Positions 34,857 to 46,200 of a stretch of 64,000 bases of DNA are shown one piece after another. This DNA comes from Yuukianura sp. NJ FZ-2021. Lineage: Eukaryota. The position numbers were made by a program, and so were the translations under genes. Below the pieces are notes generated by a model. That model did no database searches and was not told where the DNA came from. It saw only the letters and a program-made list of their open reading frames with translations. Position 1 is the stretch's first letter; every line of letters begins with the position of its first letter. The stretch lies in the NCBI GenBank assembly GCA_046563655.1, contig JAJCTO010000010.1:806001-870000 (forward strand). The letters are read 5' to 3'.

Positions 34857-35786
34857 TTGGCTCGCCGACTCAATCAAAAACGTCATATTTTGGAAAAGAC
34901 ACCCATTTTGGTAAAAAATATAAGTGCTGGTAAACATGGTAAAACAAATGGACTAGGACAAAGACAAGAAGAAGAAGATGAGGAGGAAGACCAGTTGTTT
35001 GGATCACAACTTCCGGCAGCAGCTAGCATGATTTATCAACAAGAACAAAACGAGACCAATTCTTCTTCTTATCCGGCGCTACTGCCGTCAAGTTTGAAAA
35101 CAAGTTTCCTTCAAGTTTCAGAACCATATATTATACAACAATGTGATGGTAGTCGAAATGTACGTAAACTTTTACGTTACATGCTATTAAACGACATTAC
35201 GTGGAACTCTTCCTTTGAAATTTTGATTCAAAAGCAACGATTGCCAGCAACAAATATTATCAAGATTATAAAATATTTTGTCAATCTCAAAGAACGAAAA
35301 CATACTAGAATACCATATGGTTTTCAACATGTTCGAGATTATTTACAAAAATACATGTTTTCAATGACTACAAGTCCAGCCGCCGCATCTGGAAATTCTT
35401 CCATATTTCGTCTAATTTCTTCTCCTGCCATACATTTCCAGGAGGAGGAGGAGGAGGAAGCAAGTTTTAGTCCAAATCCTAATTCAAATTATAATACACC
35501 AGCTGCTGCTGCCGCCGGAAGTGATCAAGGGAGGAGTGAGGAGGAGGAGGAGCAACCAGAAGTTGACGGAACAACTCCACCCTTTTCAATTTCTCGTCCT
35601 TCACCTACTGCTGGACTCGGTCGTCAGCAGCAGCAGCAGCAAAAGTTGCCAACACATTTTTCTCCAATTGCAAATCGACTTAGAAAAAGAATTCGACCAC
35701 CGGCTGCTGATCAGAGGACTGAAGCTGCTGCTGCTAAGAAGAAAAAAGGAACCAAAAAAGATGGAGGTGGAGGTGAAGGCAGTTAG
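34857..35786 (+). CDS. Polinton C hypothetical protein, 5' end replaced by satellite
   Basis: ITWNSSFEILIQKQRLPATNIIKII...PYGF resembles a domain recurrent in Maverick ORFs. Low-complexity C-terminus. Lies upstream of the penton. Confidence 0.5.
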   Translation: MARRLNQKRHILEKTPILVKNISAGKHGKTNGLGQRQEEEDEEEDQLFGSQLPAAASMIYQQEQNETNSSSYPALLPSSLKTSFLQVSEPYIIQQCDGSRNVRKLLRYMLLNDITWNSSFEILIQKQRLPATNIIKIIKYFVNLKERKHTRIPYGFQHVRDYLQKYMFSMTTSPAAASGNSSIFRLISSPAIHFQEEEEEEASFSPNPNSNYNTPAAAAAGSDQGRSEEEEEQPEVDGTTPPFSISRPSPTAGLGRQQQQQQKLPTHFSPIANRLRKRIRPPAADQRTEAAAAKKKKGTKKDGGGGEGS

Positions 35787-36257
35787 CTCATGAACCTTAC
35801 AGATGAACCTATACGGCATTGGGAAAAATTTTAATTCCAAAAAAAAATGTGGAAAGCAAGGCCAGCCTCCCCCCCCCCGGGGGCGCGCGCGCGCAAAGGG
35901 GGGCAGACCCATGCCTCATAAATGAAAATTTGGAACTTTGTTTTTGTGGGTAAGGAGATCGTGCTAGTCAAGTTGTGGAGTTTACCCATACCTCGTAAAT
36001 GAAAATTTGGAACTTTTTTTCCATGGTTAAGGAGTCCGTGCTAGTCAAGTTGTGGAGTTTAGTCCTGCTTCTGACTTTAAAGGATAAGCAACCACCATTT
36101 TTTCTGGAGGATTTTCACCCACCATCAAAAAAGGATCCCAGCTCCACAATTGTTTAGGATTCCTGCTCGCCAACTTTGGAGAAGGTCCGTGCTTTGCACT
36201 GTCTGCGTTTTGTAAGAAAAAAAAAGAAAAAAGAGAAGCAATTGGAGGGGGAGATAA

Positions 36258-37294
36258 TGACGAGTGCACCAGCTTCAAGTTCTACAAATTCTTCAAATTC
36301 ATTTTATGTTACACTCCAATCTAATGCAAGTTTGGACTATTTTCCTGGAAATCTAATTTCTGACTTTAAAAACAAATTGGCAAATTCAATTAGTCTTCCT
36401 GGTGACCAGTGGGAAGTGGCTCTCACAGATGTGAGTTATACATATGGCAATGCATTTATTCAAGCAAACCAAATCCTTTTTACTTCACGAATCGAGTATC
36501 CACCGCCTGCATTTTCTGGTGCCCCACTACCACCACCACCACCACCACCGGCGTCAAATTTTGCTGGAAATGGATATGGACCTCCTGTTGACCCGATGGA
36601 AGACAAGAGCATTTCGTTTCGTGAACGTCAGAGACGGGCTTCTGCTGCAATTGCCGCTGCTTCAACCAATACGTCTTCTTCTTCTAATTTTCACAGCAAC
36701 ATCCGCACCCTTCAACGTCCTTCATCTCCACCAAAAGCAATTGAAGTTGCAGTGAAAGCTCCAAAGCGTTTGATGACAGAGTACCAATTATTAAATCTTT
36801 TACATGAACTACTTCCACACTCCTCGTTTCGAATTGAAGCAAACATTTTCAAGTATCGTGTACCCCTTGTGGATGGAACAACAATCAAATTTAGTTCCAA
36901 AGTGGCTGATATTTTGGGACTTTATGGAAGAGAATTATCCTTGTCCAACCAAGCAAGACCAACTCTGCCAGCAGATGGATTTCGTCTCTACGAAGGAGAA
37001 GGGGCTTACCCAGTCTTTTTGAATGCTGGACAAACAAAACTTTTTGTTTATTGTAATTTAATTCGACCGCAATTTATTGGAGATGCTCTGGTTCCGGTTC
37101 TTCGAGTAGTCAACTATGAAGGAAAATTCCGGAAGCAACACTCGCATGAATTTGTTCATGCACATTACATGGATTTGGCAGTATCAGAATTTGACACAAT
37201 TCATATGTATATAATGAATGAAGTGGGAGAGAGGATGCCATTCGAGTTTGGTAACCCTACGGCTACACTACACTTTCGTGAAAAAAAGACATGA
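36258..37294 (+). CDS. Polinton minor capsid (penton), intact
   Basis: SFYVTLQSNASLDYFPGN...WEVALTDVSY; LFVYCNLIRPQFIGDALVPVLRVV...TLHFR. Confidence 0.9.
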
Positions 37295-37986
37295 GGTCAA
37301 GGCTGCCGCCATCACAACCTACTGTTCCATACAACTGTGCTGGAGACTTTCCTATTAATTCATTTTTTCAACAAAATTTACATTCGAATCAGGTTGGACA
37401 GCAGCAGCAGCAGCGAGGAGGAGGTTCTCCTCAACTTTACTTTAGTGGAGTTAGACGTCAAAAAGGTTAGGCAAAAAAGAAAAAAAATGAAAAGAAGAGA
37501 AAAAAAATTAATAAAAACAAAAAAAAACATTCTTAACTTCCTTGTTTTTTTTTTTGGTTTAAAAAAAATCCGGTTTAATTAGGAGCTGGGCTTGGAGGTG
37601 TTTTTGGTACAATTGCACGTCATTTGTTACCATTTGTTGAACAATACATTTTACCACACGCTGCATCTGCCACAAAAAGTGTAGCAGCTGACGTAATTTT
37701 TAATCGACAATCAATTAAAAATTCTTTAAAATCACATGGTTGGGAAGCATTAAAAGGAGTAGGAAAAAACGTAAAGAATCAGCAGACGGGATCAGGTATT
37801 CGAGGAGTCAAGAAGAGTAGACGGAGGTTAAAACAAAAATCCAACACCAAAAGAACTACTAGACGGAAAGGAAGAAAGAGGCTGCTACAGCGGGGACGAC
37901 GACGGAAACAACACTTGAGGAAAAAACGAAGAGCAACCAAAACTCGAAAGAACAACAAACCCACTGGGATCAGATATAATTTCTAA
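37291..37986 (+). CDS. Polinton core precursor protein, spliced (exons 37291-37465 and 37583-37986)
   Basis: Splicing gives LYFSGVRRQKGAGLGGVFGTIARHLLPF, colinear with LYFAGIRRQRGGGLGGVFGSVARYLVPF of 21941..22288. Long Arg/Lys-rich tail. Confidence 0.8.
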
Positions 37987-38084
37987 AAAAACCTAACCCG
38001 GAACCTGGACTTTTTTCGTTTCCTTTTTTATTTTTTCGAGGTGAGAAAACGAACAAATTTGGAGAAATTAGAAGAAACAAAAAA

Positions 38085-39437
38085 ATGCCAAAGGTAAAGA
38101 CTACAAAAGGATATGGAGGAACAGGGGTTGGACCAATTTCTCCATATACATTTGTCAGATCGGAAACAAATTTGTTTGAAGAACCAGCTTTTGACGTTAG
38201 TCTCTTGTCTACAATTCAATCAGAGTACCATTCAATTACTTCCTTGGCTGACTCCATGGCACCCATTGAATTTTATATTCAAGGGAATGACACACAATTT
38301 TCAGACTTGTCAGAGACAAAACTTTATCTAAAAACTCGAATTGTTGCTGAAAATGGAAGTGCTTTGGGTGAAGAGGATCTTGTTGCTCCTGTAAACAATT
38401 TTCTTCACTCACTCTTTCAACAACTAAGTGTACATCTCAATGAAAGTCTCATTACACCATCATCTAATCAATATGCGTATCGAAGCTACCTTGAAACACT
38501 ACTTGGTTATAATAAAGAGTTTAAAAAGTCTCAAGCTCAAGGAGCACTATACTACAAGGATAAGGATCCTTCCAACAAAAGTACAACTACTGAAGACGGG
38601 TACAAGACTCGCTTTGATTTGACAAAAAATAGCAAAAGCATAGAACTGATTGGACGTCCATTTGGAGATATTTTTTCTCAAAACAAGTTTTTGATTCCTG
38701 GAATTGATGTACGTGTTAGCTTCCTTCGATCTTCTCCTACATTTTGTTTAATTAGTAATACCCCAACTGGAAAATATCAAGTTCAAATTTCGGACGCAAG
38801 ACTTTTGATTCAAAAGCATACCCTACTACCTTCTCTGGTTACTTCAATTTTTAAAGAATGGGAACTTGGACGACCAATCACATATCCTCTACGACGAGTG
38901 GAAATTAAAACTTATACAATTGGACCTGGTAGTGTTCAATTTATAAACGAGAATTTATTAAGCGGTCTCTTGCCAGATAGAATCATCATTGGACTTTTAC
39001 AATCAGAAGACTACATGGGAACTAGAACTTCTAATCCATACAACTTTTCTCACTTTGACCTAAATCATCTCAATGTTACAGTCAATGGAGAACAAAGTTC
39101 TTGTCTACCTCTTCATTTGGATTGGGACGGAGACCAATACATTCAACTCTACAACAATCTTTTTTACGGACTTGGAATGTCAAACGAAAATGTTGGAATT
39201 GATATGACGCGAGCCGAGTATAAAAATCAACCCCTCATGATTTATAACTTACGTCATACCAGAGAAGGATTTGCTCCGCCACGACATGGAAACGTCAAAA
39301 TTGAATTAAAATTTAAAAAAGCTCTAGCAAAGGCCATAACTGTCCTAGTATATGCTGAATATCAAGCAGTACTCTACATTGACTCGAGCAAGAACGTCTT
39401 TTGGAAAGACTACAGTAGTACGAGTAGTAGCAACTAG
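38085..39437 (+). CDS. Polinton major capsid protein, intact (450 aa)
   Basis: PIEFYI, DLSETKLYL, PVNNFLHSLF, YAYRSYLETLL, LPDRIIIG, NPYNFSHF, VYAEY. Confidence 0.93.
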   Translation: MPKVKTTKGYGGTGVGPISPYTFVRSETNLFEEPAFDVSLLSTIQSEYHSITSLADSMAPIEFYIQGNDTQFSDLSETKLYLKTRIVAENGSALGEEDLVAPVNNFLHSLFQQLSVHLNESLITPSSNQYAYRSYLETLLGYNKEFKKSQAQGALYYKDKDPSNKSTTTEDGYKTRFDLTKNSKSIELIGRPFGDIFSQNKFLIPGIDVRVSFLRSSPTFCLISNTPTGKYQVQISDARLLIQKHTLLPSLVTSIFKEWELGRPITYPLRRVEIKTYTIGPGSVQFINENLLSGLLPDRIIIGLLQSEDYMGTRTSNPYNFSHFDLNHLNVTVNGEQSSCLPLHLDWDGDQYIQLYNNLFYGLGMSNENVGIDMTRAEYKNQPLMIYNLRHTREGFAPPRHGNVKIELKFKKALAKAITVLVYAEYQAVLYIDSSKNVFWKDYSSTSSSN

Positions 39438-39448
39438 GAAGAGTCCAA

Positions 39449-39479
<31 letters not shown>

Positions 39480-39513
39480 TCTCGCGTGGAAGAGTTTAAC
39501 TGGAACCACCAGA

Positions 39514-40053
39514 AATGGAGACGAGTCAAATTTTAAATACCTTTCATGCTTTTTGAAAAGTAACTCGGCCACCTTCCACGTCCTTCCTTGTGATTATTTG
39601 ACTCTTCTTACAGTTTCACGTTATCCTCTATGCCTTGTTGTAAATTCGGATCCGTCCACTTCTCCTGGAAGTCATTGGATGGCTCTATTTCGGGAACATT
39701 CCAGAGCATCTCTCAAGTTTATCGATTCATATGGAATGGGGATTGACTTTTATGACAAATCCTTCACAAACTTTGCTAATCGACTTGGAGCTCCAATTGT
39801 AGAAAATGTAAAAACACTCCAAAGCCACAACTCTCAAGTTTGCGGTGAATTCGCAATCTACTTTTTGTATAAACCCTACAATTCTTGTTGTCTCATGAGC
39901 ATCTACTGTAACTTCAATTCAAATTTAAAACAAAATGATAGGTTAGTTAAGCAATTTGTAAGAAAACGACTAAAAAATAGAAATACAAAATTTTTCTCAT
40001 CCTCCTCCTCCTCTTTGTCAGCTACAATTGAGCAATGTTGTACTCCATTTTAA
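39514..40053 (+). pseudogene. Adenain-like protease; probable 1-nt frameshift near the start
   Basis: GSHWMALF, FIDSYG, LQSHNSQVCGEF. The ATG at 39514 (METSQI) matches MNTEEI of the other copy but is out of frame with the catalytic body. Confidence 0.8.
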
Positions 40054-40176
40054 CAATGAAAATAGTAAAAAAAAAAAGAAAGTTGTACTGTTATGCTTTT
40101 AATTTTTGCAAAAGACTTGAGCCAAATTAGTTAAAAATATTACATACATCTATTTGTTTTTTCTCGAAAAAAAACT

Positions 40177-40473
40177 TTACTTGTCGTCATGAGGAACGTC
40201 TTGGAGTTCCAGGTTGAATGCGTCAATGTCACCAAGACATTGGCCGAGAGTGGTTCGCAAAGTTGCTTGACGCTCCTCTGATCCTCCGGACGCCATCAAA
40301 TAAAAATTTGCCAAACGACGCAAAACGTACGGGACAGCACTAACTTCAAAGTTGACAGTTTTATCCATGCGACGAAAGTAGATCCAATGATAGCTCTTCC
40401 CTGCATACACCATATCCCGATTGTATACTGCCAACCGCTTCTTGTCATCAAGCAAGACAGCAAACAAATTCAC
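40177..40473 (-). CDS. Polinton accessory hypothetical protein
   Basis: 98-aa frame convergent with the protease. Weak similarity to 50178..50490 (F.R...VPY....L..Y). Confidence 0.4.
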   Translation of the reverse strand: MNLFAVLLDDKKRLAVYNRDMVYAGKSYHWIYFRRMDKTVNFEVSAVPYVLRRLANFYLMASGGSEERQATLRTTLGQCLGDIDAFNLELQDVPHDDK

Positions 40474-41686
40474 TTACTCATCTGATCTGATGCCATTGTT
40501 AGTACCAAAATAAGTACAAATGTTGACTTGACGAGAGACAAACGGAAACTGCTGCTCGAAACCAACTCCATTCCACCTCATATCAGTCCTTACAGCAACA
40601 AAAACCTCACTTGTCCTATCTATTTCTACGTCTCTCCTCCTCCTCCCACATCTCACAACTAACAGACTCCACCTCTTTCAGTGTTAAATTTGACCAACTG
40701 TTGTTCCAACAGACAGAAGCCCTGCCTCATTTCTGGCTACTCCATCTTGGTCTGTCTACCTGAAAACGTTTTTTACGACTAACATAAAAACTAAAGACTA
40801 GACGTACGCAATTCTTACGGCGACAGCATGTCAAATTCACACATAAATAAAAGATTTTCTTTTTATTGTTTTTTCTTTAGCAGTCAATCGTTTCTGGCGG
40901 CGCTGAAGGTTCGCGGTCGTAAAGTTGTTCCTTTTCTTCTTCTTCTTCTTCTCCTTCCGGTGCGTGATGTTTTCCATTTTTGTCAATTTCACGGTGGTAT
41001 GAACTCACCTCATCCTCAGCTGAATACACATTGTGCCGGATGGGCTGTATGACCTGTGACCTCTACTGTGGATGCTGGATGAGATGCTGGATGAGATGGA
41101 AGGAGAGAGAAGACCGACAAGACAAGTGAAGCCAATGAGAGCTTTATTCAGACTGAGTGAATGAATGGAATGAATGTATGTGCAGTAGCCTATACTTTGC
41201 CTATGAGGGGTGAGATGGGTGCTGTGTATGGGGTGTGCTACACATTGGGGGGCTGAAAAAGGGGGTCCTCCGGGGGGGGGGGGTATGTCCAAAATCCGGG
41301 GGATGGTCCAAGGAAAGTCCAAGAAAATCCAATGTACAGGGCCAGTCATCATCTAATCAGGAACGAGAGCACCATCCGGTGTCGGTTTTGTTTAATTACG
41401 ACGTTGTCGTCTCCTCTGATTTTCTTCCCATTGTTCGCTCTTTTTGGATTTGGCAAGAAAATATTCGGGATATTCCTCCATCACTCTGCGTTTTCTAATG
41501 TGCATATTTCTCATGAAGTTGGAGTCTTTCTTCAAATAGAGTTGGCGGTTTCAACAGTGACTCCTGGCGTGATTTGGTCGAAAGCAGATGAAGCAATATG
41601 GCGGAAGTTTCGAGTTTGGTGGAGAAATGGCAGACTTAGATGTTGGAAGAACTGATTTACGACGCTTCGAGATTACGACAACACGA

Positions 41687-43211
41687 TTAGTCGAAGCGAT
41701 ACACAATTTCTTCAATTTCACATTCGACTTCCATTTCTGGTTCCTCTAATTCCGTCTGAGTTTCGATAGACTTATGTGATAATGTGATTTTGGGAGCTGG
41801 AGGAGGTTTACGTGGGGTTGATGTAGATGGAGTTGGTTCCAGAAATGTTGAAATGTTGTCGTCATCATCAGAAATTGTCAGTAGATCAAGCTCTTCTAGA
41901 GCGGTAAGTTCTTTGAAAGATCGTTTGACTGTTTGTTGTGGAACGGAAGTGATTTCTTCGTCGTCTGAGACGATGTCAACCAAAGTTGGAGCGGGTTCGG
42001 GACGAGGGGTGACTTTGATAAATTTCTTCGGCTTAGGGACTATAATTTGAAGAATATCTTGACAGAAGTGTTTCGCAAAGAAGTAGGAATTGCTTGGCAT
42101 GAAACTTAGGAGATTTTTCTCAGACTTAATCTTTTCTTTGTTGAGGCAGATAGTCATGAGTCTTGAAGTTTCAGCGATCAAAGTTGGAGGTAAATCAAGT
42201 TTTTGTGCAATTTCATTTCTTTTTTGAAACAATCTGGAAAAGTGTTGTCGTTCTTCAGAGGAGCCATTGAACTTTTTGATTGTTTCTTCAAAATTTTCCA
42301 GTTTTGGAAGATGAAAAGCGGGCAAAATCTGATTTGATCTTGTGCATGATGTGACTTCCGTACAACTTCTTGAGTTGGTTCCAAATTTTTAAGACAATGT
42401 GGGAATCAGTTCTGGCATATTCAATTTGTTCTGCCGTCAAAGGCCTTTGAGTCCAGTTGGATGTTTGATAGTGAGTTTTGTCCGGTAGTTAAATGTCAGG
42501 GAAGTAATGAGTTGCAATTTCAGTAAGAGATGCTTGCTTCTTGATGACTTTAGATTGTGGTTGTCCTTCTGCCTGATCTTTCCAACTTAAAAGTTCAATT
42601 TGGTAATTGCCAGTTAGATTGTAGTGAGCCTTCTGAACATCAACTACTGGAAACGGGAAGATCTCGAAATAAAGATGAAATTTTGCTAAGTCTTGTTGTG
42701 GTGAATGTGTAATCTTCAGAATTTCCGTTTCTTCTAGGACAGATTTCAGTTCAGAGATGTGTTTGGCGAAGAGAAAAGGGCAAAGAACATAATCCTGACG
42801 ATTTGTAGAAAATTGGAGTAGAGCTGGGTAGGAGGAGCCGAAGTATGAATTGTCTGCCTTGAATTTAGTGCCGATTTTTGTTCCAGAAAACTCCATGTCA
42901 ACCGAAAATGCATCTTGACCTTCTAGGTCGCTTCTCATCATATTGAACTCCTCTAGAGTGGAAATTAATTTGACTGGAGTAGAGCTGCGCGTGTCAGACG
43001 TGCTATCACATTCTCGGAGTTCCGTTCGACGAGGACAAAGAGCGAATCGCTTTCCAGCTTCGTAGTATGGATGAATTTTTGTCCGATTCAATTTTTTGTT
43101 TCGATTGAGAACGGTTTCATGATACTCTCGGAAGTAGTAACTTTGCATCGACCGGATCCTTCTGGAAATGCTCAGTTTCCTTCTAACATTTTGATCTCGA
43201 TTGGAATTCAT
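41687..43211 (-). pseudogene. RNase D/RRP6-like DEDDy 3'-5' exonuclease plus probable HRDC domain (one stop, one frameshift)
   Basis: ExoI SVDMEF; LLQFST; ExoII HSPQQDL. Past the TAA at 42489-42491 the frame reads YQTSNWTQRPLTAEQIEYARTDSHIVLKIWNQL (ExoIII). The next frame gives FSRLFQKRNEIAQKLDLPPTLIA (HRDC-like). Confidence 0.85.
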
Positions 43212-46200
43212 CTGTAATCAACAAAATTGAGGATTTTAGTAATTTTTTCTGATCTTTGATGTTCAATTCCACCTCTAGTGGTTCACATGCATCGTAATAC
43301 TCTTGAAAGTCAAAGAGATTCTCGTATTTGTCTTCAAATTTGACAACTAACGCTTTGTTTTTAAAACCCGCTAAAGTACGGCAATTTATGCGAGACTTTT
43401 GTCGAAGATTTCTTTGATTGCCGATTTCTGATTGTAAGTCATTTGAATTTACTGTAGGACTTTTGTCTGAGGTACTGGGCTCATCTAGAGCATTAATATT
43501 TGTCTGTTGTCGTGAAACGTAATGTTTAATTTGAGAAACATGTCTCTTTCCAATACTTTGTTTGTCAACTGTCTGTAAAATGTCAAATGTCACATTAGAA
43601 AGTCGTTCTCCCAATTCATATGGGCCTTGCCATCTAGGCGCTAATTTTTCCATAAAACCAGACTCTTTGTCAGATTGAACATGGGATTTAATTAAGACTG
43701 AATCTCCTTTTTTGAAATTGTCTTGTATCCGACTTTTGTCGTACTGTATTTTATTTTTCTCATGAGCTTTGTGAATATTTTCTCTTACAAATTGAACTAA
43801 TTCCTGTACCAATCTTGGTGTCTGTTTGAGTTCTTCAGAACTAAGTTCTGGCTCTTCCAGAGCTAAATTTCTGTCGAATGGTAATTGGATTTCTCTCCCG
43901 AGATTTAATAAGGCTGGTGACACTTTTGTAGTCTCGTTCATCACAGTTCTGAGTGCTAAGGCGAACTTTTGAATATTTTCTTCCCATTTATGGTGACTCG
44001 ATTCCAAGTACGCTTGAAGCATTGCTTTGATATTTCGATTTGTTCTTTCGGAATGATTAGCCTGAGCATGATACGGACTGATGAATTTGTGTTGAATATT
44101 CCATTCAGAGCACAAGTTTTTGAGAATGTTTGAATCGAAGTATGTAGCATTGTCAGAAAGAATTCTCTTCGGAGTGCCATACCGGCAAAATATTTGATTT
44201 TCTAAAATGTCCGCAACTTTTTTCGCTGTGATTTCTGTCACAGGAAATAATTCAATCCATTTGGAAAGTTCGTCTAGAACGACAAGTAAATGTTTACTTT
44301 GTTTTCCTCCAGCACTCGTCGGCAGGGGTCCAATGAAGTCAAAATGAATTGTAGAAAATACAGCCTTTGCTGGCTCTGCTAATTGCAGTAAACCGAATGG
44401 TTTATGATTGTTTGCTTTGGATCTTTGACAACGATCACATGATTTGACATAAGTTGCGATTTCTTTGTTCATATTGTTCCAATAACATCTTTGTTTGATT
44501 CTTTCGAGGGTTTTGGTTCTACCCAAGTGTCCCGCTTCTGGGGCATCATGAAAGATTTGTAGGATCCTTTGAGTTATTTGCTTTGGAATAACTGGAACAT
44601 AATAATCTTCTAGATTTTTTGCTTGTAGCTTGGTAGTTTTTTGACCTTCTAAGTCTAAATTTTCAGCTGAAGTGTCTGTTCGTGCCGCGGTTTTCAAATG
44701 ATTGCAATCTGGTCGTAGACAGAGGGGGATGTGACAAGCAGAGTTGCGCTTCTCTGTTGTATTGGTAAGTTTTGGATCCATGCCTGGATTCGTAGTCATG
44801 CCCTTGAAGGGTTTAATTTTGATGAATAGGGTGTTTCTATCCATTTTGTAACTCTTCAAGCACCTTGGCCGAGGTACTGAAGAATTCTGAAGTTGGTCAA
44901 TTATCTTGGAAAGATTTTCATCCTTCCGTTGCTCCTGGGCGATTTCATCTATTGTCGGAGTACAATAGACTAAAAGAAAACTCGGTAAATAGAGTGTTTC
45001 CCGGTCTTGGAACATATCGGGGTCGTCTGGACCTTCTGGGACACTAGCACGTGATAACGCGTCCGCCACCACGTTTTCGCATCCTTTGCGAAATCTGAGT
45101 TTCGCGTTCCACGATAAAATTTCCATTGCCCACTGCGTGAGTTTTGCTTTCTTGTTCTTCATACCTTTAAGGTATCGGACCGCTCGATTATCGGTTTCTA
45201 TGATGAAGGGATGATCTTCTATGAATTCGCGGAGTTTGTCGTATGAGAAAATAATAGCATAAAGCTCTTTTTCATAGATGTGTGCGCTTCTTTCCGACTG
45301 TTTCAAAGTCTTACTCACGAACATGATTGGTCTTTCTTTCCCTTCGTGTTCTTGGACAAGGGCTGCGCCTAAGCCAGTAGTTGAGGCGTCACATTGCATA
45401 ATCAGGGGTTTTGAGTAGTCAAGAGTTGTTAAAGTGACTGTATCGGTAATCGCGTCCTTAAGTAGTTGGAAGGACTCTTGTTGAGGGACATCCCACTTCC
45501 ATTTCTTTCCTTTTCTGAGAAGTGTGTATAAATTTTCTGCTTTGATACTGTAGTTTTTGATGAAGCTGGAATACCAGCCACACATCCCAAGGAATCGGTA
45601 GAGTTCTTTCTTGTTAGATGGAGGTGGGTAGTTGGAAATTGCGTCTTGTTTGCTGGGTTGTTTCTGAATTCCGTTTTGAGAAGCAATATGTCCTAGATAT
45701 GGAACTTCATTTTTTGCAAAAATTGATTTTTCTCTCCCAATTGTAAGATTTGCTTCACGTAGTCTCTCTAAGACGAGTTCGAGGTGTTTCATATGTTCCT
45801 CTAAGTTTTTGGAGTAGATTAGGATATCGTCCATGAAAACTTTGACAAATTGGTCCACGTAACCGTGTAGGACGTTCCTCATGACTGCTTGAAAAGTCTT
45901 TGGGCTGTTTTTAAGTCCCATGGGCATCACTAAAAATTCGTAATGTCCATCTTGTGTAATAAATGCTGTCTTTTCGATGCTGTCTTCGTGCATCGGAATT
46001 TGCCAAAAGCCTCCGTTGAGATCAAGAACTGTGAAGACGTAATTCATTGGTATAGTTCTGAGAATAGAGTTGACGTTGTCTATTGGACCTGCGTTTGTCT
46101 TCATTGTGTCGTTTAGACGAATGTAATTGACACAAAGGCGGTAGGAGCCTGATTTTTTCTTCACCATAACGACTGGAGCAGCATACGGTGAAGTAGAATG

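Larger units (their letters stand above)
34840..41031 (+). mobile_element. Polinton/Maverick C morphogenesis module; continues beyond Gypsy 2 at 50069
   Basis: Same gene order as Polinton B but clearly diverged. Termini not identified. Confidence 0.8.

Noticed and set aside
35880..36062. MITE or terminus upstream of the penton
   Set aside because: Only a ~77-bp tandem duplication and a GC run; no paired TIR or TSD found.
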